A stretch of DNA of 63,894 bases, counting the filler, from Perkinsus olseni (lineage: Eukaryota), in the NCBI GenBank assembly GCA_013115125.1. It is 10 parts of 10 records of this genome, joined end to end, with 100 filler letters (N's around TTAATTAATTAA, not from the genome) between each part and the next. Parts side by side here need not be neighbours in the genome. Positions count along the whole stretch, not along the records: positions 1 to 1,002 come from JABANN010002215.1; positions 1,103 to 2,103 come from JABANN010002216.1; positions 2,204 to 3,204 come from JABANN010002217.1; positions 3,305 to 4,305 come from JABANN010002218.1; positions 4,406 to 5,406 come from JABANN010002219.1; positions 5,507 to 6,506 come from JABANN010002220.1; positions 6,607 to 7,606 come from JABANN010002221.1; positions 7,707 to 8,706 come from JABANN010002222.1; 2 more parts are not named here. One strand, written 5' to 3'. Within the stretch, counting starts at the first letter, position 1. Each line of letters starts with the position of its first letter. The position numbers were made by a program, and so were the translations under genes. The notes beneath the pieces were generated by a model. It was not told the DNA's origin. It worked only from the letters and a program-made list of their open reading frames with translations, and ran no database searches. Shown one piece after another: positions 1 to 11,450 of the stretch.

Positions 1-915
1 TAGTAGTCGTGACCGGTGCTAATAAAGGTATCGGTTATGAGATCTCGAAGAAGCTCATCGCTGATGGCGCCAAAGTTATCATGACAGCTAGGGATCAATC
101 TAGACTGGACAAAGCTGCCAGTGAGTGGACTGCCGTTTTCTTCCAATATCAGTACTACTGCCGCTCAGGTGAACTGAAGCCCTTCGGTGTTGTTAAGTTG
201 GACGTCACTAGCGATGACTCGGTGGAGCAAGCCAAGCAGGAGGTGAGCTGGGAGAGGTTCGGGTCACCACCGTGACAGCGGGCTAGGGGTTCAGCCCCTC
301 CCATGGCCCCCGGTCTCTCTCGTTCACTTTTTCTCGTTCCTTGTGGCAGATAAAACGTCTCTCGCCTTCCATCGATGCCCTTGTGAACAACGCTGGGTTC
401 GCCTACCATGGCAATGCTTTCGGCTATGACGAGGTACCTTTCCGACAACCGTGCCAGCGGAAGATTGACTGTACGATGATCAGGCTAAGCTTACCATGAG
501 CATCAACTACTATGGAACGAAGCGTGTCACCAAGGCCCTCTACCCCCTCCTCAGCGACCATGGCCGCATCGTCAATGTCTGCAGCTTCGTGGGCAGGCTC
601 TCTAAGGTAGGAACCTCACAAAGCGCGCAAGAGACGGAGCGTCCCTATCGTTAGGTCTCTGAGCCTCTGCAGAAGAGATTCTCGGACCCCAATGCTACTG
701 AGGAGTCGATCGACAATCTTGTGGAGGAGTTCCTCACCGGTGTGAAGGAAGGCGACTACAAGGAGCGTGGCTTCAGCGATAGTATGTACGGCATGTCCAA
801 GCTGGCCCTTATAGCATGGACTAAAGTCTTGGCTAGAGAGGCCATGGCTGACTCTCGAAAGATACTCGTCACGGGCTGCTGTCCCGGCTGGTGCCAGACC
901 GATATGAGCAGGTGA
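1..915 (+). CDS. Carbonyl reductase-like short-chain dehydrogenase/reductase (multi-exon, incomplete at both ends)
   Basis: VVVTGANKGIGYEI (TGxxxGxG), LDVT, IDALVNNAG, INYYGT, RIVNV, YGMSK (YxxxK) and CPGWCQTDM are spread over GT-AG exons. Confidence 0.85.
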
Positions 916-1002
916 GTATCTTTCTTTCCTATCAAATGCTAGCACAACCTCCGTTTAATGAAGTGATTCTGAAACTCAAAATCGATTCTGGACTTCATTT
1001 TT

Positions 1003-1102
1003 NNNNNNNNNNNNNNNNNNNNNNNNNNNNNNNNNNNNNNNNNNNNTTAATTAATTAANNNNNNNNNNNNNNNNNNNNNNNNNNNNNNNNNNNNNNNNNN
1101 NN
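1003..1102. other. Artificial contig spacer (N44-TTAATTAATTAA-N44); recurs at 2104, 3205, 4306, 5407, 6507, 7607, 8707 and 40801
   Basis: Identical 100-nt linker with stops in all six frames. The first eight contigs are 1000-1002 bp, consistent with a size-sorted assembly tail. Confidence 0.97.
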
Positions 1103-2103
1103 GTGGTCGAAGAAGACGATGCATCGGACCAGATTTCCTCAATGCTTTCCGTTGTAGTAGGTGTGGTATACTCGGCATCTGAAGATGTCGTGGAGGACGA
1201 AGTAGACTCCGGCGTTGATGACCGCTCGTCCAGTTCGGTCGTTGTTGACGTAGTCGTTTCCTCGGTGGTCGTCCAGGAAGCAGATGTCGTACTAGTAGTA
1301 GTGGTCGAAGAAGACGATGCATCAGACCAGATTTCCTCAATGCTTTCCGTTGTAGTAGAAGATGTGGTATACTCGGTAGTTGAAGATGTCGTGAGGGACG
1401 CAGTAGACGGCGGCGTTGATGACAACTCGTCCAGTTCGGTCGTTGTTGACGTAGTCGTTTCCTCGGTGGTGGTCCACGAAGCAGATGTCGTACTTGTAGT
1501 AGTAGAAGAAGACGATGCATCAAACCAGATTTCCTCAATGCTTGCCGTTGTAGTAGGTGTGGTATACTCAGCAGTTGAAGATGTCGTGGAGGACAAAGTA
1601 GACTCCGGCGTTGATGACCACTCGTCCAGTTCGGTCGTTGTTGACGTAGTCGTTTCCTCGGTGGTCGTCCACGAAGCAGGCGTCGAACTAGTAGTAGTGA
1701 TTGAAGAAGACGCTGCATCGGACCAGATTTTCTCAGTGCTTTCCGTTGTAGTAGGTGTGGTATACTCAGCAGTTGAAGATGTCGTGGAGGGCGAAGTAGA
1801 CTCCGGCGTTGATGACCACTCGTCCAGTTCGGCCGTTGTTGACGTAGTCGTTTCCTCGGTGGTCGTCCACGAAGCAGATGTCGTACTTGTAGTAGTGGTC
1901 GAAGAAGACGATGCATCAGACCAGATTTCCTCAATGCTTTCCGTTGTAGTAGAGGGTGTGGTGTACTCGGTAGTTGAAGATGTCGTGGGGGACGCAGTAG
2001 ACTCCGGCGTTAATGACGTGGTCGCTTCTCCAGTAGTGGTCGACGGAGTAGACGTGGTGCTACTAGACGAGAACGACACTCTGGAAGAGGTTTGCTCAAT
2101 GGT
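1103..2103 (-). CDS. Mucin-like Ser/Thr-rich repeat protein (fragment), about 5 repeats of ~66-67 aa
   Basis: Open minus frame with repeats TTESIEEIWSDASSSSTTTTSTTSASWTTTEETTTS...; DNA period ~200 bp. Confidence 0.65.
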
Positions 2104-2203
2104 NNNNNNNNNNNNNNNNNNNNNNNNNNNNNNNNNNNNNNNNNNNNTTAATTAATTAANNNNNNNNNNNNNNNNNNNNNNNNNNNNNNNNNNNNNNNNN
2201 NNN

Positions 2204-3204
2204 TTCACCCGTTCGACCACTTCATAAACCCCTTCATACTTATGGGTCATCCTCTGCTTAAAGCCGGTAGCCCCATAATGAGGTTTAAACAGGACCTTAT
2301 CGCCCACTTGAAGTTCCTCAGACTCGGAGGGATTGTCTCGGAGAGCCCTGGAATCACTAGCCGCATGAGAAAAAGCATTTGCACGCCTTCGCACATCCAA
2401 CAAATGAGATCGCCATTGCTCAATCTGAGCCGCACTCTTCCTCAACTTAGGATCGGTCGCCATCAACGGTTGAGCCTCAATGATGCTAGCATCCGCTGGC
2501 ATCCGCATCTCTTGCCCACAGACGTAATTAAATGGACTGGTGGCAGTACTCCCGTTGGCAGTCGCCCTCATAGCCCACAAGGCAAGGGGTAACTGATCAT
2601 CCCAATCCGAAGACTCAAGATCCACTAGGCTGATCAGCGCCGACTTGAGTGTACCAATTCCTCTCTCAGTCGCTCCCTGAGATTGGGGATGATAAATCAC
2701 CCCCGTTCTGCTCTTTAGGCCTATAATAGACCACAGAGTAGATAGGAACTTTCCGGTAAACACCCTATCATTATCCGAGGACAGCTGTCGCGGCAGACCG
2801 ATATACGAGAATACTCCACCTATCAGACACCTTGCAGTTGATTCTGCCGTTGGACTTCGCAGGGGAAAGGCGAAGGGGTAACGGCTAGATAGATCCAAAC
2901 AAAATAGGATATATCTATTCCCCCTTTTACTAGCCCGCACTGGTCCAGTAAAATCAATCTGTAATGTATCCCACAAGTCGGTAACTCTAAAGCCCTGCTG
3001 CTTGACCCTTAATGTCCTCCCTTTTAGAAGTTGACATTTGGGGCAACTCTTTATGAAGTCCTTAATCTGCTGCTTAGCATTCGGCCAATAATATCGGCGA
3101 AACAACTGGTTGCAGGTTTTATTGAACCCCATATGAGCACCCGTAGGTCCAGCATGCCACTCTTCAATGATTTCTTGACGGTGCTCAGGTGGCACTATCA
3201 CTCT
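2204..3204 (-). mobile_element. Ty3/gypsy-like integrase fragment
   Basis: HHCC zinc finger (WH..GAHMG..YYWP..CPKC), IDFTGP, SSDNDRVF, YHPQSQGATER and a GPY/F-like C-terminus (GDKVL..KYEGVYEVVE). Confidence 0.9.
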
Positions 3205-3304
3205 NNNNNNNNNNNNNNNNNNNNNNNNNNNNNNNNNNNNNNNNNNNNTTAATTAATTAANNNNNNNNNNNNNNNNNNNNNNNNNNNNNNNNNNNNNNNN
3301 NNNN

Positions 3305-4305
3305 CCCTTGGATGTGGAACCCGGATTTGTCGCCGTGGACTTGGAACCCGGAAAGGCTTAGCACTTTAATTGGCTCCTGGTGTTGAGGTTATCCCTCCGG
3401 ACTCTGTGGTACCTGAGGAAGATCCTGAAATGTCTGGCCTGCTACCGGACACTATGGTGAAGCCTCTCATCGCCACGATAGTTTTGTGCCCATTATGGTC
3501 GTGGGATAAACTCCGAGAAGCCCAAGAGCAAGACCGAGTAGTTCGAGAAGTTCGTGATCGAGTTTTGGTAGACGCCCCGCTTGGTCGCAAGGAGTTTACC
3601 TCTCGTCTATATATGCCTTATAGACGTATCTGGTCGGTCTTGGACGTTTGTGATGGAGTTTTGGTGCGCCTCCTGAAGACGGATCCCTTGGAACCCGTCC
3701 GCTGTGTAGCCGTGGTTCCTACCTCCTTGCGGAAGGAAGCTGTTGCTTATTATCATGATGAGAAGGGTCACTTTGCCGAGAAGCGCATGCTTGAGAACAT
3801 GAAGCCTACGCTGTATTGGCCCAACATGCACGTCGAGATCAACGACTACTTACAGCAGTGCACTGGTTGTACTGTTGCTCGTCCTGGTCGTCCGATTCCA
3901 TCCCCTTTGGTTCCGGTTCCGGTAGGTAGGCCTTGGCATACGTTAGCTGCGGATTACTTGGAGATTACCCCGCCCGTTGACGGCAAGAAGTACTTGTTAG
4001 TGTTGCAGGATTATTTCACCAAGTGGGCTGAAGCTTATCCGCTTCAGCGGGCGACGGTGGAAGAAACCCTGCCTCATCTCTTGAACCTCTTCTCCAAGTT
4101 TGGCCCTCCTGTCCGCATACATTCAGATCAAGGCCCCCAGTTTGAGTCCATCCTCTTCAATCGGGTGATGGAAGCCTTGGGGATAAAACGGTCGCGTTCC
4201 TCCGTCTATCATCCCCAGGGTAATGGTCTAGCCGAGCGATTTAATCGTTCGTTGCTCGACATGCTACGCCGGCACATTGGGATCCCCGATTGGGTATCTC
4301 ATCTG
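3305..4305 (+). mobile_element. Ty3/gypsy-like integrase fragment
   Basis: YYHDEKGH..LYWPNM..CTGC, LAADYL, QDYFTKWAEAYPL, IHSDQGPQF, YHPQGNGLAERFNRSL. Confidence 0.92.
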
Positions 4306-4405
4306 NNNNNNNNNNNNNNNNNNNNNNNNNNNNNNNNNNNNNNNNNNNNTTAATTAATTAANNNNNNNNNNNNNNNNNNNNNNNNNNNNNNNNNNNNNNN
4401 NNNNN

Positions 4406-5406
4406 GCAGTGGTGCAACCTAGTGAGGTCAGAGCGGCGACTAGTGTGAAGTTGGATGAGAAAGGTTATACTGTAGATTGCCCTGTCATGAGTGCTCGCTC
4501 TGTGATGCCTTACGTCGAACCCCGAAGGAGAAGGAGTCGCAGTAAGGAGATTGCTATCCATAGGAGAATCCTCATTGCTGTCCATGAGGGAAAGTTTGCT
4601 CCTATTGATGTTGCTTCAGCGTCCGTTATCAACGAAGTCGTGCTGGTTGACAAAGGGTGCCCGAGCGGAGAGGGTCCTTCTACGATTCCTATCTATGATA
4701 TGACGGATGCCGACATCAAGAAGCGTTTCCGAGTAACGCTTGACTGCCGGAGGTTGAACTGCATGAGGCTTGTGAAGAAGCCGAACTGCCCTGGTGAGTA
4801 TATGTGGGTCCTGCCTTCTGATATGGCGGAAACCTGGAGGTTGGAGTCCTCAGTTACTCAGAGTCAGAACAATGCTTTTCTGACTCTCCGCGAGTGGCCT
4901 GGCCACTTGCGGAAGTTCTATTTCAAGATTGACTTATCTGATGCATTCTCATCAGTAAGAATTGATAAGGATCTATGGGGCTTGTTCTGTTGCCGCACTT
5001 ATGATGAGTTCGGTCAGGAACACCATTGGTGTTGTCGCGTCATCCCTCAGGGATATAAATATTCCCCGATCCTCTTTTCGCGGGTGGTATCTGAAGTGCT
5101 GGAGGCAGCTCGTCAAGAATGTAAACGTCTCGGTTTGGATGTCAAATTAACTCACTTCCAAGACGACGTTCTAGGTGGTGCTGCTGATCTGGATACTGTG
5201 ACTAAGGCGAAGGAGGTGGTTGAGCGGCTCTTCATGGAGCGTGGTTTCTCGGTTGCTCCTCATAAGTCTCAGCTTGGAGATGAGGTAGTCTTTTGTGGTT
5301 TGAAGTGCCTTCGTGGGGAGGTTCGTCCTTCAGAGCGCAAGGTCTTGACCACTGCCATTGTGACGGCTGCTTGCGTTGACTTCAACAAGTTGACTGATAC
5401 TGAGGA
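4406..5406 (+). mobile_element. Retrotransposon reverse transcriptase fragment (gypsy/DIRS-like)
   Basis: FRVTLDCRRLN, FKIDLSDAFSSV, IPQGYKYSPILF, HFQDDVL, GFSVAPHKS, FCG. Confidence 0.88.
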
Positions 5407-5506
5407 NNNNNNNNNNNNNNNNNNNNNNNNNNNNNNNNNNNNNNNNNNNNTTAATTAATTAANNNNNNNNNNNNNNNNNNNNNNNNNNNNNNNNNNNNNN
5501 NNNNNN

Positions 5507-6321
5507 CTTTCTTGGCCATGTCCTCGAGACGGAGGAAGATGATGGCGTTGTCAGCCGGCGCACGACCTCGAGGGGCTTCGCGAAAGGGCTCCACGGCAGC
5601 ATGCTCGAGAGCCTCGAAGTGGACCTTGAGGATCTTCTTCTCCGAAGAGTTGGGGTCCGAGACAACGTTGATGAGAGGAGTACACTGGCGAGGGTAGCTG
5701 TTCTTGACCGCAATGCTGCAAGCACAATGGCCAGCATTGTCAGCGATGGGGCTAGGCTCACCCTCAGCACTGCTAGGTGACACAGTTGAGAGGCCAGTGA
5801 TCGGGATCCCATGGTCACTTACCATGCGGATGCCCAGATCAGAGAAAAGGTTCCTCCCCAGGATGCAGGAGGGCTGACAGCCCGGCACCACCAGGAACCG
5901 CAGGGGCAGGTCGCAGAGTTGGGTACCGTCGAAGGAGCAGCGGAGTGTGATGAGGGTGCTACTTGAGAGCAGTTGACCATCGCCGAACTTGATGGAGATG
6001 GAACTGGGAAGCACCACAGTGCTGCTCGGCTCAACGGCATCTCCGGGCGACGACGGTGAGGACGACACCTCTGGTCTGCATGTGGTAGAGACTCACACTG
6101 CCAAGGCTGTCATCTCCAGCGACTCACAAGCCACATGTGTGAGTGCCACTACGCGCTTCGTCAACTCCCTGCCAAGGGATCCCACTATCGAGCTCCGCAT
6201 TGGTACTCATAAGCGCTACTGCCCGCTTACTGGCCTGGTTGATAGTGGTGCCAACGTGTCTCTCATCAGTGCGTCAACAGTTGCCTTCCTTGGCCGAGCG
6301 AAGGCAGGGATTGCTTCCTGA
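5507..6321. mobile_element. Rearranged retrotransposon aspartic-protease/RT-start fragment (halves on opposite strands)
   Basis: + strand: GLVDSGANVSLIS. - strand: IKFGDG..FLVVPG..ILGRNL, followed by PFREAPR..LRLEDMAKK. Confidence 0.7.
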
Positions 6322-7129
6322 GGCTGTTGCTGCAGACTTCGCCACTGCTGGTCAATCGCCCTCATCTCCAAGCGGTTCATGTTGGAGACATCGAGTGCCT
6401 TGATGATGGCAACGTGACCTTCCTCCCGGATGAGGGTGATGGGAACCTTCTTCCTGATGCGGGACCTTAGAGGTTCACGAAGGCAACGAAGGACGATCTC
6501 AGCAGANNNNNNNNNNNNNNNNNNNNNNNNNNNNNNNNNNNNNNNNNNNNTTAATTAATTAANNNNNNNNNNNNNNNNNNNNNNNNNNNNNNNNNNNNNN
6601 NNNNNNTGACTCAAACTGGTGCCCGCGAGTGAGCAAATGCAGTAGTCCTGAAGATGGTCGAAGAATTATATTCAAGCGCATACCGCTGAGGCCCCGCAGC
6701 CAGTCCAGAGTAACGCCACGCAGCAGCATCAGGGTGACGCAAACACGAAGATTTCGCGCGCCCCCAGGCCCAAGTCACCGACACTACCTGCCTCTCAGCT
6801 ACCATCCCTCTCCGACTCCTGTCGAATTTCGATGCAACATCGGAACCAGTGGGTGTCGCTTGCCCGACCAACAGATGAAGAGCAGCAGCAGCCAGGGCAT
6901 GAATCCGGGGAAAGTTTAAACTGTTGTTAAACAGGCCCCTGTTAAGAACCGGCTGGATCCTGTTCTTAACTTAATCCACCGCACTCTTCGGCTATAGTGT
7001 TATTGAAAGCACAACCACAGGGCGACAACATCAAGTATGGGTACATGAAAATCCAGTAATCATGCATACGTGAGTGTGCTCCTTTCCTGGAGCGGATTGA
7101 GGGCTAGAATCACAAGCCATAACCTATTC

Positions 7130-7606
7130 TCAAGTCTCAAGAAGTTTTAGCTTGACTGTTGATAGAGTCGTCTCCCCAGAAGCACCATTGATGCCAGCAT
7201 CGAACATCAGCGACCATCCCCCGCCTGCCTCATCACAAATTCGGAATGAACTCGGAGATATGTCAGCGAATCCTAGAGTGTCTCGCAAGATTATCAAATC
7301 CAGTTCATAATTTTCGTTTGAGAAATCGAGCCGCAGGCAGCCCTCGCTGTACACCGCTGTTACCTCAGGGAGCGTCATTGGACATTCAAGTCCTAGTATA
7401 TGGAAGATGAGCTGAGCTCGACGGCGGTGTGGAGGGTAATCAGTTCTGATGCTCACCGCGACCATGTTGACTAGATCGAGTCCAGTATCGGTTACCAGAT
7501 ACCTTCCATCGGGTACACTCGGTGACGTGGACGACATCTCATCGGCTCCTTCCTGATGAGACTCTGCATAGCCTCTCTCCCACCCTCCAGTTGACACCAC
7601 AGCGGG
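7130..7606 (-). CDS. Hypothetical protein (5'-truncated)
   Basis: 156-aa open frame with natural composition running into the contig end; no motif recognised. Confidence 0.4.
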   Translation of the reverse strand, partial: PAVVSTGGWERGYAESHQEGADEMSSTSPSVPDGRYLVTDTGLDLVNMVAVSIRTDYPPHRRRAQLIFHILGLECPMTLPEVTAVYSEGCLRLDFSNENYELDLIILRDTLGFADISPSSFRICDEAGGGWSLMFDAGINGASGETTLSTVKLKLLET

Positions 7607-7707
7607 NNNNNNNNNNNNNNNNNNNNNNNNNNNNNNNNNNNNNNNNNNNNTTAATTAATTAANNNNNNNNNNNNNNNNNNNNNNNNNNNNNNNNNNNNNN
7701 NNNNNNC

Positions 7708-7821
<114 letters not shown>

Positions 7822-7867
7822 GGTCTCTCTAGCCTAGTAATACTTGGCCAATATCATCTCATTTCAA

Positions 7868-7883
7868 GGCGTTATTTAACGCC
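7868..7883 (+). promoter_or_regulatory. Histone mRNA 3' stem-loop (after H3)
   Basis: GGCGTT-ATTT-AACGCC: 6-bp stem, 4-nt loop, 46 nt after the stop. Confidence 0.75.
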
Positions 7884-8125
7884 ATCTTTGGCTTATTCCC
7901 TCGATACATACTGAGGACTAGAGGAGAGGTGGTGTCTTAATAATACTGGTTGATGATAGCGCCTCGGAGGTAGGCTATCGATACCGGCTAGGAGTGATTC
8001 TCTGAATGTCAAATGCCCTCAAGGTGATTTTCCTGTTTTTTCATCAGAATCAGTGCGGGACGGCTCTTGTTGAGAAGTCTATTTTTCCTTATCTCTTCAC
8101 TAGTGTAATTTCGACAAGCTAAACA

Positions 8126-8539
8126 ATGTCTGGAAAGGGTAAAGGTGGTCGTGGCAAGGCTGGCAAGAAAACCGGCACTGGAGCCAAGTCTCGCTCAGCC
8201 AAGGCTGGCTTGCAGTTCCCTGTGGGTCGTATCGCGAGGTATCTCAAGAAGGGTCGTTACGCCAAACGTGTGGGCTCCGGAGCTCCCGTATACTTGGCTG
8301 CTGTTCTGGAGTACCTCGTCGCGGAGATCCTCGAGCTTGCGGGCAACGCTGCGCGTGACCACAAGAAAACGAGAATCATCCCTCGCCACATCCAGCTGGC
8401 TGTCCGCAACGACGAGGAACTGAACAAGTTCCTTGCTGGTGTGACCCTCGCGAGCGGTGGCGTCTTGCCCAACATCCACACCACCCTTCTGCCTAAGAAG
8501 AGCAAAGGCAAGAGCTTCACCGCTTCTCAGGAAATGTAG
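8126..8539 (+). CDS. H2A.X: Histone H2A (H2A.X type)
   Basis: [40 protein letters not shown]-terminal SQEM motif; intronless. Confidence 0.97.
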   Translation: MSGKGKGGRGKAGKKTGTGAKSRSAKAGLQFPVGRIARYLKKGRYAKRVGSGAPVYLAAVLEYLVAEILELAGNAARDHKKTRIIPRHIQLAVRNDEELNKFLAGVTLASGGVLPNIHTTLLPKKSKGKSFTASQEM

Positions 8540-8582
8540 ATAGAGCCACTGTGCTCTGCTACCTGAGGCTCATCAATTCCAA

Positions 8583-8598
8583 GGCGTTATTTGGCGCC
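8583..8598 (+). promoter_or_regulatory. Histone mRNA 3' stem-loop (after H2A)
   Basis: GGCGTT-ATTT-GGCGCC: the same stem with two G-U pairs and the same CAA..ATCT flanks as after H3. Confidence 0.72.
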
Positions 8599-8806
8599 AT
8601 CTATACTTGCTTGAAATTTCTTGCACGCGATGGATACAGAGTTGACATTGTTTCATCCATTCGTTGAGTTCTTGAGAAATCAAATGCTATGGGCATTGAC
8701 TAGTTTNNNNNNNNNNNNNNNNNNNNNNNNNNNNNNNNNNNNNNNNNNNNTTAATTAATTAANNNNNNNNNNNNNNNNNNNNNNNNNNNNNNNNNNNNNN
8801 NNNNNN

Positions 8807-8875
<69 letters not shown>
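8807..8875. repeat. (TGT)n microsatellite at contig start
   Basis: Direct reading. Confidence 0.95.
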
Positions 8876-9489
8876 AGTGGCCCAATAGGTAAGTGGGAGT
8901 GGGTCAGGGCGTAGCTATCATACACCGTGTATGCCATACACTTACCACTCTACGTGAATACCGTGGCACCTCTGCAATCACTTGTCTGAGGGCAAGTACC
9001 TTCATCGCTGCTGCGTACCTACATTCAGCTTCGCACAGCGGCGGCGTTGGAGTTCAAACTGAAACACACCTAAGGTGGACTCCACCTGCTGTTTCAGTTG
9101 TCACTATGGCCCCCAACTCAGTGTGTATCAGTGTGTGTCACTACCTGGTGAACTGCTTCCGTATTTTGATGAAAGGAAATCAATGATACATCGATCACCA
9201 ACCGTTTAAGCGTGTATGTAGGTTCGATACGAAGGACCACCTCCTCCACAAAGGATGCTGCCCGCGGCGTCACACAGTGTCCGCTAACCTCTCGACTCTT
9301 CATCTCCCGAGCGTGTCTTGGAACCCCCCACAACAACAAGCTGGCGATTCCGGACACCGGCAGCTTGCTCCATGTCTCACACTCCCCATCAGACAGCTCA
9401 AGTCATCAAAGATTTGATAAGTCATATGAAAACGTCCGTTAGTAAGAAGACAGTTGAATTCAGCAGCACCGCTGGTATCGCTCCAGAAA

Positions 9490-11071
9490 TCAGCCGAAAA
9501 AGTCGTCCACGCTCGGACCCGGAGCCGCCTTCGAACCCTGCGCGGGGTCTTGCCCCTGACACAACCCAAGCTCAGCAACGGTCTGGCGAGGTCGATCGTT
9601 CCCTTACAGCAGAGGTATCCTGATGATGCTCTCCAGCCTGGGCACCGACATCGATCGGGATAAGCTTCCATCCATAGAGAGACGGCAGTAACTAGAAAGG
9701 GAATGGGTTGACGCAGAATCGAGCGCCCAAGAACATCAATAACAACCAATCCCGGTTCAGCTGACCCTATCACGCAGTAACGGAGCACAGAATCGACTCT
9801 TGCCCGGCAAAACCCTCAGTGTGGACTTTTGCTAAGGATGGACTATCTCCACTAGTTTACAGGCCACCAGAAAGAGGGATACGAGCGATCTCCGTACGGC
9901 CATCAGAGGGCATGCCCAGGCAACAAGGCAGCAGGAGTATCTTCCCCGGCATTTTCCAGCTAGACTTCCAGAACCACCGCCTGGGAAAAGATGCTCTTAC
10001 CGATTCCATCATAGTTTGCATGCCCTTGAGATCCCCAGAGCCAGCTTCCACAGATATCCTATTGACTTCGCTTCCCTCTTCCTGCACCAGAAAACACTCC
10101 CACCGAGCGCTCCACCGACCACACACCTCCCGACCTATTTACCTCAGATTTCTGCGCTATTGAAATGAGCAGCTGCTTGCCATCCTCCGAGGGCTCGAGC
10201 TCTACTTTCGAGGGGATGTTAGGGTCAGCATACTCCCGCATCTTCCACAACGTAGCTAACAAAGAAGAACCAATCTCCCTTCGGACGATTGCCTGAGTGC
10301 TGGCAAAAGCCGATTTGGGACCAATCTTCCCCCTGCCCCCGGGCACCGGATCGCCCCCCTTAACAGGGTGAGCTAAATAAGGCAACCACAATCACGCCAA
10401 CACGCTCCTTTCATCGCAGTGAACATACGGAGCGGTCCTGAGTTATTCACTCACACCCAGGAGCACTACCTAGCGAGAGTTTAGTAGACGTGGTAGCTTG
10501 AAGAAAGGAGCCGATGGTCACTGGTGGCAACGATACTGTTACACCTGTTGATCAATAAACCAGCATATACACAATACACAGCCATCCTTCCCCGTGGAAC
10601 AACAAGTGACAGATAGAACCGCTCGAGTAATACAAAAGAGTCTCTCGCAGAATCATTATCTTGGACCGTATCTCATATGATTGTCATAACCGTCGAATTT
10701 ACCATCGAACTGAGCTAGCGAGCGACCTAATCCCGATGATCTTCGATCCATCCTCAGGATATTACTCTTGCCGGGCCCTCCTTTAGGGGAGAACGTCCAC
10801 TTCACCCTCCCTTCTCTCACGACACTGACGCCTCCATCGTTCGCTCTCTCCAAAGCTGGCTGAGAGAATCTTCACGCTCTCGACATCTCATGTAAAAGAA
10901 CAGAGTCCAAAGATACTTAACCCTCACTACCATAATGGCTCGAACATCCAATTTGGCGTTTCGTCCTTCCACAGTAAATCCATCAAAGATTCCCCTGTGA
11001 GGTGGGTGACTAAAAAACGCTGCCGCCGGAATCCTGTTGGCAGCCGCTGCGAGACTCCGCGATACTTGCAT
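9490..11071 (-). CDS. Whirly-family single-stranded nucleic-acid-binding protein with N-terminal presequence (about 8 exons)
   Basis: Hand-spliced: MQVSRSLAAAANRIPAAAFFSH..IFDGFTVEGRNAKLDVRAIM/PALERANDGGVSVVREGRVKWTFSP../..VSLPPVTIGSFL../..KVELEPSEDGKQLLISI../..LLPSLYGW../..VDDFFG*. Colinear with remembered plant Whirly motifs (KGKAAL, REG..F.P, SL....IGS, K..VEP..DG, P.L.GW). Confidence 0.75.
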
Positions 11072-11450
11072 AACGATGGCGATCAAAAAAACTGCGGAGA
11101 CTCGAAAACCGCTTATCGATTAGCGTTGTCGCTCGTGAAAGAAGGCGCAGTCCACAGATCATCTTTGAAGTTCCACATTCTGAGCTGTCAATAAAATAAC
11201 GGTTCAGCATTCCAAAGCTCCCACGCTTATGGCCACCTCATGAGCATTGACGGCCGGCAAGAATCACGCCTTGAAAAAAGCGGATAGCACCGTTCCCCAG
11301 CCAAAGCGATTGATCCAACGCAAGTCGCCTTTCATTGATCATTGATGGCCGAGCGGACATCATGATCCGTTCTCAAAGCTGCGTTAATCAACGTCAACAA
11401 TAGTGGTAATATTCTCCACGTTTAACAAAATCTGTCTCCAATCCTCGATA

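Noticed and set aside
1003-1102. TTAATTAATTAA within N runs as a biological repeat
   Set aside because: Artificial six-frame-stop contig linker; ORFs ending in X...N are artefacts.
1103-2155. + strand V/D/E-rich 350-aa ORF
   Set aside because: Antisense shadow of Thr/Ser codons in the repeat.
2204-6506. Adjacent integrase, RT and protease pieces as one element
   Set aside because: They lie on separate 1-kb contigs joined artificially.
8807-8875. (TGT)n at two contig starts as telomere or polyQ gene
   Set aside because: Simple microsatellite where assemblies break; no telomeric motif, and polyQ coding is unsupported.
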